From positions 26,488,607 through 26,552,606 of the forward strand of contig NC_068991.1 in the NCBI RefSeq assembly GCF_001194135.2: a DNA stretch of 64,000 nucleotides, given 5' to 3'. Positions 1 through 11,240 of this stretch are shown here, piece by piece; the first letter of the stretch is position 1, and every line of letters begins with the position of its first letter. The translations under genes were made by a program, and so were the position numbers. Under the pieces are notes generated by a model, which was not told the DNA's origin, did not search any database, and saw nothing but the letters and a program-made list of their open reading frames with translations. This stretch comes from Octopus bimaculoides (lineage: Eukaryota).

Positions 1-805
1 GTGGATGGGGCATCATTTCCCATTCAAACTGCTCCAGCCTTTGGAATGTCATCCTAGCTGTATGTGGCCGAACATTATCCGGACAGAAGAACACCTTTCA
101 TCTTGAAACCAAAGATGGTCGTGTTTCTTCTAGCACTGAATTAAGGCGCTCAAGCTGCTTGCAATAGATTTCCTTTGCTATTGTTAGGTTTGGGTATAAA
201 GGTTCAAAGTGGAATAAACCACCAAACGGATAACAGCAGCTACTGTGAGTGAAGACCTTCTTTAGCCTGGGATGCTGAGTTTCTCCTTTCCATGTGGCCC
301 TCCTCGGCGCTTGACATTTTTAGAGAGCCAATTTTTCATCACCAGTCACTCACTATTCGGTTAAAAATATGTAAATTCGTGAGACGTGACAACAAAGAAG
401 AACACATATTCACTCCCTGTGAGGGATCAGGCACGGTAAGTTTGTGAGGAACCCATTGACCCAATTTGCTGACTTTTCCGATGGCACGCAAGTGTCAATG
501 AATAAATTCAAGCTTCTCTGCTAGCTGCTCAACAGTTACTGTGGGATTTTCTCCCATTAGGGTTTGCTCTACAGATATTCCAGTACGAGGCTTGTCTTCT
601 AGGCTGTATATTCCGGCTCGGAATTTCTGAAACCAGTTGGCTTACGGTAATCGTCTGATCCCGATATGCTGCATTAATATTCCTCGCACCTTCTGTTACG
701 TTGTTGCCTTTAATGAATACATAAAGCAAAATACGCCGGATATGCTCATTTGTTGGTCCCATTATAGCTTTGGAAAAATAATTGTTAAAATCGAACTGCA
801 CTCTT
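1..805 (-). mobile_element. Mariner DNA transposon, decayed transposase, truncated by window start
   Basis: Minus-strand translation gives the N-terminal HTH (NEHIRRILLYVFIKGNNVTEGARNINAAY, ORF 529-801), VTGDEK (about 330-350) and DNVRPHTARMTFQRLEQFEWEMMPHP (1-95), all mariner motifs. Stops and frameshifts are present. Confidence 0.88.
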
Positions 806-3433
806 CGAAACTTGCACTAAGAATAAGGACAAGGTATAATTATTACCTGCCTCTATAGCAAGTCGATGCAGGGAGTTTATCCTGACCCCGTCTTAATTTT
901 GAAAAACAAATGCATTATTTATAGGATGAACTAATATATATATATATATATANNNNNNNNNNNNNNNNNNNNNNNNNNNNNNNNNNNNNNNNNNNNNNNN
1001 NNNNNNNNNNNNNNNNNNNNNNNNNNNNNNNNNNNNNNNNNNNNNNNNNNNNNNNNNNNNNNNNNNNNNNNNNNNNNNNNNNNNNNNNNNNNNNNNNNNN
1101 NNNNNNNNNNNNNNNNNNNNNNNNNNNNNNNNNNNNNNNNNNNNNNNNNNNNNNNNNNNNNNNNNNNNNNNNNNNNNNNNNNNNNNNNNNNNNNNNNNNN
1201 NNNNNNNNNNNNNNNNNNNNNNNNNNNNNNNNNNNNNNNNNNNNNNNNNNNNNNNNNNNNNNNNNNNNNNNNNNNNNNNNNNNNNNNNNNNNNNNNNNNN
1301 NNNNNNNNNNNNNNNNNNNNNNNNNNNNNNNNNNNNNNNNNNNNNNNNNNNNNNNNNNNNNNNNNNNNNNNNNNNNNNNNNNNNNNNNNNNNNNNNNNNN
1401 NNNNNNNNNNNNNNNNNNNNNNNNNNNNNNNNNNNNNNNNNNNNNNNNNNNNNNNNNNNNNNNNNNNNNNNNNNNNNNNNNNNNNNNNNNNNNNNNNNNN
1501 NNNNNNNNNNNNNNNNNNNNNNNNNNNNNNNNNNNNNNNNNNNNNNNNNNNNNNNNNNNNNNNNNNNNNNNNNNNNNNNNNNNNNNNNNNNNNNNNNNNN
1601 NNNNNNNNNNNNNNNNNNNNNNNNNNNNNNNNNNNNNNNNNNNNNNNNNNNNNNNNNNNNNNNNNNNNNNNNNAGATTTTAAGTAAAATTATTCTAATGT
1701 GTCCATGTGTTTTAATTTAATTAAATTCTGTCTTTGTGCAGCTGAGGATTGCTCTGCATTTAAACTGATGTAATGGTTGCATTGTTCAATTAAATGGAGT
1801 TGCGTGAAACGATCGTACTGCATAACCTCTGAATATCCTTTTTGCTTATTTTGATTTTAATCAATTTATTTTGAAATTGTATGGCTAATACTGTACTAAA
1901 TTCTCGTACCTCAACTTAATGTCAGAATAGCATTTTACAGAAAAAATAATGTCTTAAATACGCATAATGAAGTTGAATTTTATTTATGGTGGACTGTATA
2001 AAGTTAATAAAGCCATTAAATGGTTAAGTAGTTTTTGAAGTCTCACGTTCATGCTGGTAAACACGGCCGGGGCCATATTTTACATTGCTTAGAGTTTCCA
2101 CCTATCGCAATGGAGCACATATCTAATTTCTCCTTCGCAGTAAATGATTCATAAGTTCTACTCATACTGACAATAACAGTAATGACAATTTTTTAAGTTT
2201 GCTTGACATTTTATAGCTGTGAAAGTGATTCAAATTTCGATACACCGTATCAAACATTCTGACTAGAGTAAGCGGAAAAGAATTCTGCTTACATAATCAG
2301 TTTGGTCGGTCAACTTCCACTGTCGGTAAAGTCAAGTGTCATCAAAGCTGATGTTTATTGGTAATTAAACTTAATTTGCAATACCTGTGCCTATTTATCA
2401 GCTTTGTTTTTGTTGGTAATTCTTATCAATAACTTTTCCTGTGATCCTGATTTCAGTAAGCTAAATATCGGACATAATCTATTGTGAGCAAGAAATGTAA
2501 AATAAAGTTCATGATACACAACACAAACACTTTGTAATTCAATAGCTTTCAATGTGATACCTGTTAAACAGAAATAATTTTTATTTAATTAAAATTTAAT
2601 GAAATGTAATCATAAATAAGTGAAATTATGCTAAATACATCTAAATTGAAAACCTTTTTCCTTTGGCTATATCGGTAATTCTGAAAATTTTAGGTGTGAA
2701 TTTTACATGAGTCGAAGCTTTTTTTAAAAAATAAATTTTATTCTGTAAATCACCTGCGTCAATTACACAGATGCGCAAATTACATGGGTTTTTACATATG
2801 TATATATGTAGGTACGAACCTAGGTGTGTTTGTAGAGAGAGGATGAAGTGTTTCACAAGTGTACTTCTCTCGTGGAAGTTAGAGACCACATTATAAAATC
2901 TACGTCTGTGGGGGTTCAATTTTAGTTTACTGGAATTAATCAATGTTCACATTATATTATGTATACTTATTTCAGTAATATCTAACGGAACCTCTTGTTG
3001 CAAGATTATGAAACTTTCCCTCCAAATCCCCTGTATTTATATAAATGAGAATTTATACTAGTTTTCCTCGTATTAAATTGTCTTCTGTTATGCGGAAGTA
3101 ATTTAGTACGCAGTTTGTATATTACGCTACCAGGCTGGCGATTCGAATTCGTTTCGAGAGTGACACTAGCGTATGGTGTTGATGAGCTAAATTGACAGAA
3201 AAATATTGATATTCACCGTTCTCCTTCACTTTTCGGGCGAATATTTCCCTTTAGTTTTGTAGTATTCAGTGTTGTTTTTTTTTGTTGTTTTTTTTGTTTT
3301 TGTTGACATTCAAGGCATTTCTCGGTCCGAATTACCACAGTCTCCTGTTATATAGTAGTTTCACTTTAATCTAGTTCCTACATTTACATTTTTTGATGTA
3401 TTTGATCTAGTTGCTTTATTTATATTTTTTGAT

Positions 3434-3633
3434 GGTGCAAGTGTGGCTGTGTGCTATGAAGCTTGCTTCCCAACCACATGACTCTGGGTTCAATCTCACT
3501 CTGTGGAACCTTGGGCAAGTGTCTCCTAGTATATCCTCGGGCCGACCAAAGCCTTGTGAGTGGATAGATGGAAACTGAAAGAAGCCCGTCCTATATATAT
3601 ATATATATACATACACACACACACACACACACC

Positions 3634-3670
<37 letters not shown>

Positions 3671-3680
3671 NNNNNNNNNN

Positions 3681-3721
<41 letters not shown>

Positions 3722-3945
3722 CATATATGTATTTTTGTGTAAATGTGTGCCTTTGTGTCTGTGTTAGTCCCCTAGCATTGCTTGACAACCGATTTTGGTG
3801 AGTTTACATCTTAGGGGTTCGGCAAAAGAGAACAATAGAATTATTACTAGGCTTACAAAAAATAAGTCCTTGGGTCGATTTCGTCGACTGATTCCATTTA
3901 AGGCGGTGCTCCAGCATGGCTGCAGTCAAATGACCGAATCAATTA
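3434..3945 (+). mobile_element. tRNA-derived SINE family B (head + internal microsatellite + tail), full length
   Basis: Head with A/B-box-like motifs (gtggctgtgtg...gggttcaatctc) ends at gaagcccgtc, followed by (TA)n(CA)n and a tail (gcttgacaaccg...ggttcggcaaaagag...ggcggtgctccagcatggc). Both parts recur at 26165-26590, 27168-27580, 31060-31270 and 59545-59700. Confidence 0.85.
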
Positions 3946-5856
3946 CAAACGTATAAATAAGAACAAAGAATATAATACAATTCATTTGACAGTTGGTGTG
4001 TATAATCGTTAGAATATCGGTCTTTAAGTATTTACATTTAGCTCTTCACTTTCTGACAGGAAAAAACACTGAGATCATCATTGCATTTCATCACTGAAAT
4101 GGCAACAGACTAATAAATCTTCTTAAGTAGGAGAATATTTCTAAGAACTCCACAGAAACTTAAGCAAACACTGGCCGCATGAGAGCATTCAGGTGACATT
4201 TAGCATAAATTTCAAAACTGTTATAAAGAATTGATTAGGTATATTAACAAGAGCTGCAACTGTGAATGTTCGTACAAAATGTGTTTTAATGACTGTTTAA
4301 GAATGTAAAAAGTGTAGAGAAAATATCTTGTATTAAGCAAAAAGGATTATTGATATATCAGTAACTTTGTATTGATTTAATTATAGTCTTTATTCGCATT
4401 ATTGTTAATTATGTAATTTGGAAGATAACAGCAGTAAATCTCGAATTTAATAGCGGTATATAAAAAAAATGCTTAGTAGGTACACTTTATTTCATATAAA
4501 CCTTCATATATATTCGAGGAAATGCTATCTGATAAACTGTTTCGACACATTATTAAAATTCTCTCCTGTAGATTATACCGTGGAAACTCGTTAACTCAAT
4601 GAATATAATGATTTTGAAATTTTAACACCTGTATATATGTTATCGCATTGAATATAAAATATCTGTGAATAGTTTGTTTTGAAAATACAAATACATTATT
4701 GCGCTTTAAATTCAATAAAACCATACACATTGTTTGAAGTGGTTTTTATGTTTAAATATTTTTAAAATATTGTCTTTTTTTATTGCAGCAGATATGAATA
4801 TACATAACGTCATTTGTTTCAGATCGAAAATATAATTAATCCATTATAACTTAGCAGAAGAATTTTGCATGTAATCTAACAATTACGCAACAAATAAGTG
4901 TCTTATGAAATGTGTCTTACGAAAATGAACTGTAAGTCCCCATCTATAGAGATGCACTAATAAAGATAAGTACATATTTATTGTTGAAGAGTAGGCTACG
5001 AAGTTCTTCATAATAATTGAATTTGAGAAAGACAAAATACTGATAAACGCATTACATATGCTAGCGCAATTATGTAAGAATTTCACCGCAAAAGTATAAC
5101 AAAGAAATAACGTCATACTTCCTTGTTAATACAAAATGTAAAATAAGTTATAATCTTCTCGATAGCAAAGCTATAAAATAACGATTTTATAAACAATTGT
5201 ATTAATCGATGCAGAATTTGGAGAGAAAAAACAGAATCAAAGTTTCTAATATGCATGTCCTTTGTGTACCCGTAATACTAGCCAAGTTAGATAAGCAGTG
5301 AATCAATGGAAAGAAACTAATATTACAAATACAATGAAATATTGGGTCATTTACAGTGAAGTTATTAAATTATTCAAGTCAATGATGTTTTGTCACTATC
5401 AAAAAGTATACTGTGCGATTTTACGTTCCGGAATTATCTTTAGAAAGCCGATAATAGCTCCTTAATTATGGCAGTAGAAATAATGTGCTCTGAAACGAGT
5501 CGTAATATTACGAAAGAAAATATGTAAATGCACATCAATAAATCGTTAACACACAATGTTTGTATCATTTAAGGGATATATATTGCTGTCGATAAAATAT
5601 ATCTAATATAGGGTGGTGTTACTTTTCAGAGTAAATCTTTTTCAATATTTTGTAAAGAAAATGTCTTAAGTGCCATTTTAAAATTAATATTAAATCCGCC
5701 TATTTCCTATTAATAAGTATAATATAACGTAATATCTTTGAATTTTAAAGTTTTACTTTGGTTACTAGTAAGTGCTAAATGTCAGAGAAATATTATCACT
5801 TATATTTAAATGAGGTAGTTGTTGTAAGCATTGTGTGGTATAACTTAAACGAATGT

Positions 5857-6121
5857 AGTTGTGTAAACCCGAAACGATGCGAAAGGGTAATCTCCAAAAT
5901 AAAAAGAAGACAGAAGTTGCAGTTTTACCTTGTATTTCTATATTTCGGGTGAAAACCCCCTTATTCAGGACATTTTTTCCACCCACCACTTTCCCGAATG
6001 TCCTGAAGAAGGGGTCACCCGAAATATAGAAATACAATGTAAAACTGCGTCTTTATTCTGTTTTCTTCTCCCTTTCTAGCTTCCTTTGTACTTTCTCGAA
6101 TTATTCCGGCTTTACACAACT
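5857..6121. repeat. Long inverted repeat with hammerhead-like core in each arm (likely inverted Penelope pLTR fragments)
   Basis: Arms 5919-5974 and 5997-6048 are near-perfect reverse complements, with weaker pairing out to 5857/6121. The right arm reads CTGAAGA-AGGGGTCACCC-GAAA-TATA. Confidence 0.75.
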
Positions 6122-7124
6122 ATACACTTTAAATTACGCCTCACATATAGACCTGTTTGAATCTACGTCTTCTGAAGTACTTGCAAAATCGCTACTAAAG
6201 GGATGAGATTCATGGTAATATGTATGTGTGGCAAAGACATTCATTTTTCCGCGTTTTAGAGTTATAACATTACAAGTATCAGTACATGAAGAGGTATTAG
6301 TGAAACGATTTAGATGATTTATTTAATCCGTACATGGTTGAAAGCGGTGTAGGCGTGGTATCAGTAACTCCATTCGTTATGTTCTAATCCGCAACTAAAC
6401 GAAAGAAGCTGAACTTGCAATTTGTGCAATAATCATGATGCAAGAAAATCGTTGTTCACTTCAGTATATTCGTTTAAGTGGTATTTGCAGAAGTACTGAC
6501 TGAGATAAGCGCCTAGATTCCTGAAAAACTCTTTATTTGACNNNNNNNNNNNNNNNNNNNNNNNNNNNNNNNNNNNNNNNNNNNNNNNNNNNNNNNNNNN
6601 NNNNNNNNNNNNNNNNNNNNNNNNNNNNNNNNNNNNNNNNNNNNNNNNNNNNNNNNNNNNNNNNNNNNNNNNNNNNNNNNNNNNNNNNNNNNNNNNNNNN
6701 NNNNNNNNNNNNNNNNNNNNNNNNNNAAAACAAGGACGGGTCATTTGGAGTTTTCTTTCCCAAGTCGAGTTCCAGATTATCTTTGCAATTTCGGCTGCTT
6801 TTACTCGAGATTGCTGAAATCTGGCCAGCCCCAAGGAAAAACTAAGCTAAGAGCATTAGATTCCTTGGAAGAAAGTAGTGAATGTTTACGAAAAAAACGG
6901 AGACTGTTACACAAATACAAATAACAGGACATAACAACAGGTGTCTTTCGACTAAGGACGAATTAAGTTAAGGTTGCGTGGGGAAATAAAGCCTTACCGC
7001 AGGGATACAAGATTTTACACGCACAGCGAGGAATATAGATGTTGCACGGAGACGTCTAGATGCGTGTATGTGTATTGTGCCATTCAAGACACATTATATT
7101 TTACAAACAATAGACAATGCTTCG

Positions 7125-8598
7125 AACGATCTATAATACTCAGAACAAAGGAAACAAAAGTGTGATTATCATCGTGGGATATCACTTCTGTCTTTTTCTG
7201 GTAAAATTCTTGCTCGACTCGTTCTTGGCAGCATCATAAAACACGTTTTAAATGACATTTATCCAGAATCACAGTGTCGATTTCGCTCAGATCGTTGCAC
7301 TAACGACATGATCTTTTCCCTTCGTCGGTTTTTCATGGTGTTCCTTGGCATTATTAAGACACTGTTAACTGGCAAACATTTTGGAAAGTTCTCAAAAAGC
7401 TTGGTGTATCTGTCATGCTGAATGTTATCATCTCCTTTCATGGAGGAGTGTAGGCAGGTGTCGTGCCTGGGGGGGGGGGATCGTCGGTTCCTTCGATGTT
7501 ACCAGCAGCACAAAGCAAGGTTGTGTTATGGCGCCTGTTTTGCTTGCACTCTCCTTTTCAGTGATGTGAGGTATGCTTTTGGTGAAATACAAAGTAGAGT
7601 CAAATTCCAGTTTCGAACGAATGGTGGACAATTCAATAATCAGTATTTCAAAGCCAAAAACTGCTAGACATCAGTATCATCTTTGACTTGCTTTTTGCAG
7701 ATGATGCTGGACTAGTAATAATCTCCTTAGAGGAACCTCAGCAACTTCTATACCGGTTTCCTGCAGCATGTAAAACCTTTAACTTAACCATCAGCATAAA
7801 AACGACAGACGTAATCCACCAACCTTGCCCTATTTCTAAGCAATTTCAAAGTGCCAAGCTGAGGCAACCGGTTCACATTTTCCCTCACACTCCTATACAT
7901 ATTGATGGGAAAAGCCTAACGTATGTCAAGTCATTTACATATCTTGGTAGTAAAGTAAACTTGAGAGCTTCCCTTGTCGATAAAATCGTGAACCGTCTTG
8001 CAAAAGCAACCAACTCATTTGGTAAACTCCCTCATCGCCTACGGAATGAAAGGGACTCAAAAAAATTGTCACCAAAGTACATGTCTATAAAGCCGCTAAT
8101 CTCTTGTATGGTTCAGAATCCCGGATACTCTATAGATGTCACATTAACCAACTACACAGTTTCCATAATGGCTAACTCAGGACAATCTCAACTTCGTCAC
8201 TAAGAGACAGAGATTCTAGTGCCGACCTGTTTAGCAAGTGTAAGATTGGTGGAATCGAAAGCTTCCTTATGCAGTCGCAATTGCACTGGGTTGGCCATGT
8301 CATCAGAATGAGTGACGAAAGAATACACGAAGCCCTCATACACAGCCAGCTTGATAGTGGGTGCAGGAATGTTGCTCGACCACAATATAAGGACAAGCTG
8401 AAGGCTAAACTCTCGGCAGTCAATACAGCTCACAATACCTTTGAGTATGCAGCCTTGGAGCGAACAAAATGGAGTTTGTTGTGTCAAAATAGTATAGCAA
8501 ACTTTGTTGCAACCAGCATTAACAGGCTTAGGGGTGTAAGGCAAAGGAGGAAGGCGTCGTCATACTTGCAGCAACTGTGAGCATTTTTGCAAAACGTT

Positions 8599-8600
<2 letters not shown>
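7125..8600 (+). mobile_element. RTE-clade LINE, 5'-truncated, decayed reverse transcriptase
   Basis: Frameshifted translation gives DYHRGISLLSFSGKILARL, YPESQCRFRSDRCTNDMIFSL, KQGCVMAPVL, LLFADDA, FTYLGS, QLHWVGHVIRMSDERI, then a Cys motif abutting (CA)n. Confidence 0.92.
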
Positions 8601-8641
<41 letters not shown>

Positions 8642-8828
8642 GTATATAGTAATACTAATAACAATAATCCTCGAAAGGAATTTATGAATATTTTAATGCA
8701 CCACATTACTGGTTCACCACTCAGCATCATTAGACTGTGGCCGCCATAATGAAATAAGAGCTTTATTTGCATATTCAAAATGTTTCTCGTAAACAAATTT
8801 CATATATATATACATATATATATATAAA

Positions 8829-9070
8829 TATATAATTTAGAGAAAAGAACCACAATTCTTTAACTCATCCATGACAATCCTCATTCACATATAGACAAAT
8901 TTAATGATTAAATCCATTAAAATTATTTTATTATTTTATTATTTTAATATTTATTACCTTGTATTTTTATTATAGATATTTTTAGTGTGTTTACTTATAA
9001 ACTTTTTCTATATGTGACAGTGGATTTTCATGTATGAGTTCAAGAATTCTGGTTCTCTCTAAATTATATA
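8829..9070. mobile_element. MITE-like element with about 70-bp terminal inverted repeats in TA context
   Basis: 8829-8900 (tatataatttagagaaaagaaccacaattc...cacatatag) is roughly the reverse complement of 9000-9070, with an AT-rich interior. Confidence 0.7.
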
Positions 9071-9239
9071 TTTATATATTATATATTGTTATTGGATTAG
9101 CAAAATAATTATGAGAAAGGAACCAAGGGATAAGACCCGCTTTTCCGGGAATTACCGGGTACGTCAGCTAGTTGCTTATATGGGAGCGGTTTTCATTTTA
9201 ACTCAAGTTGCTCGTGTATGCGAGTAAAAGAAATAGGGA

Positions 9240-9485
9240 CGTTACCTTCTCGAGTTATGTAGACACATAAGGTCCGGTTTCTCTGTTTCATGGCGTATAT
9301 ATTTTCAACCTGAACGGGACGCCGGTCCGTCGTAGGATTACTGATTTTTGCCAGTTGGGTGGACTGGAGCAACGTGAAATGCAAAATTTTACTCATGCAC
9401 ACAACGAAACTCCCAGTTCAGGAATCGGAACCACAATCTTACAATCATGAGTCTAACGCCCTAACCTGTAAGCCACGCGCCTCCA
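9240..9485 (-). mobile_element. tRNA-derived SINE family C
   Basis: Minus strand reads ggaggcgcgtggcttacaggttagggcgttagactcatgattg...ggttccgattcctg (tRNA-like A/B boxes), then gttgctccagtccacc...cctacgacggaccggcgtcccgttcagg...gaaaccgg, resembling conserved SINE central domains. Confidence 0.75.
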
Positions 9486-10283
9486 CCTTATGCAAGTATC
9501 TACAGACAACTACCAACGAGTATTGGTATCGAAATAAGGTAAACAGAGTTTAAAAAGCGAGGTACCCTATGACAAATCACCTTGAAAACGCAGCAGTTTA
9601 GCAAACTGACTAATTCTGCTATTAATGGATCCTTCAAACATGATACAAGAATCGCAAATATATTTTGGAATATACTGAAATAGGGCCCGACATTTCTGTC
9701 TAATACATCTGGGATTTAACATAAAGTAGAACGAATGCAAACAGATAACGGAAAGTCATAGACTACGCTCTATCGTGCATAAATATCTGTTCCTTATTCA
9801 TCACTGATAATTACCAAATAACAAGACAAGGCACGTCTAAGAAGGCTATAATATCAAACTAGATCCATCTTGTAGCAATACTCCAAGCTGCGGAGAGAAT
9901 ATGACAAACACAGAAAACACTCACACATATACACCCCCTCCACACACACACAAATACACACACACTCACAATCGCTGACAGCACGTTCACACAAACCCAA
10001 AAATACCCACATACTATCATACATTTCAAATAACGTGTAACCTCCAATAAATTAAACAAAATTTTCTTGTATGCATATATGTCTATATAGACATTTATAT
10101 ATATATGCATTCAATAAACATTTCAGAGTCTACAATTAATATATGCCCTGTATTGAATTACACACATCTCTCACTCTGTCTGTCTGTCTGTCCGTCTGTC
10201 TCCCTCTATACGCGCGAACACACATTCACATACACATATACATATGTGTGTATATATGTCTGTGTATGTATACACACACACAC

Positions 10284-10326
<43 letters not shown>

Positions 10327-10945
10327 NNNNNNNNNNNNNNNNNNNNNNNNNNNNNNNNNNNNNNNNNNNNNNNNNNNNNNNNNNNNNNNNNNNNNNNNNN
10401 NNNNNNNNNNNNNNNNNNNNNNNNNNNNNNNNNNNNNNNNNNNNNNNNNNNNNNNNNNNNNNNNNNNNNNNNNNNNNNNNNNNNNNNNNNNNNNNNNNNN
10501 NNNNNNNNNNNNNNNNNNNNNNNNNNNNNNNNNNNNNNNNNNNNNNNNNNNNNNNNNNNNNNNNNNNNNNNNNNNNNNNNNNNNNNNNNNNNNNNNNNNN
10601 NNNNNNNNNNNNNNNNNNNNNNNNNNNNNNNNNNNNNNNNNNNNNNNNNNNNNNNNNNNNNNNNNNNNNNNNNNNNNNNNNNNNNNNNNNNNNNNNNNNN
10701 NNNNNNNNNNNNNNNNNNNNNNNNNNNNNNNNNNNNNNNNNNNNNNNNNNNNNNNNNNNNNNNNNNNNNNNNNNNNNNNNNNNNNNNNNNNNNNNNNNNN
10801 NNNNNNNNNNNNNNNNNNNNNNNNNNNNNNNNNNNNNNNNNNNNNNNNNNNNNNNNNNNNNNNNNNNNNNNNNNNNNNNNNNNNNNNNNNNNNNNNNNNN
10901 NNNNNNNNNNNNNNNNNNNNNNNNNNNNNNNNNNNNNNNNNNNNG

Positions 10946-11240
10946 TTTATTGAGCGAAAACACCTAAAGCTCCACGAGGCTCCGGCAGGGAATGGTGGCG
11001 AACCCTGCTGTACTCTTTCACCACAACTTTCTCTCGCTCTTACATCCTGTTTCTGTTGTGCCTGTAATTCAAAGGGTCAGCCTTGTCACACTGTGTCACG
11101 CCGAATATCCCTGAGAACTACGTTAAGGGTACACGTGTCTATGGAGTGCTCAGCCACTTGCACGTTAATTTCACGAGCACGTGTTCCGTTGATCGGATCA
11201 ACAGGAACTCTTGACGTCGTAAGCGACGGAGTGCCAACAA
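10946..11240 (+). repeat. Probable interspersed repeat (SINE-like 3' portion), family unassigned
   Basis: GC-richer block beside a gap with a gttgatcggatcaac palindrome and no credible ORF. Only one copy lies in this window, so the call rests on recalled similarity to an octopus repeat. Confidence 0.4.
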
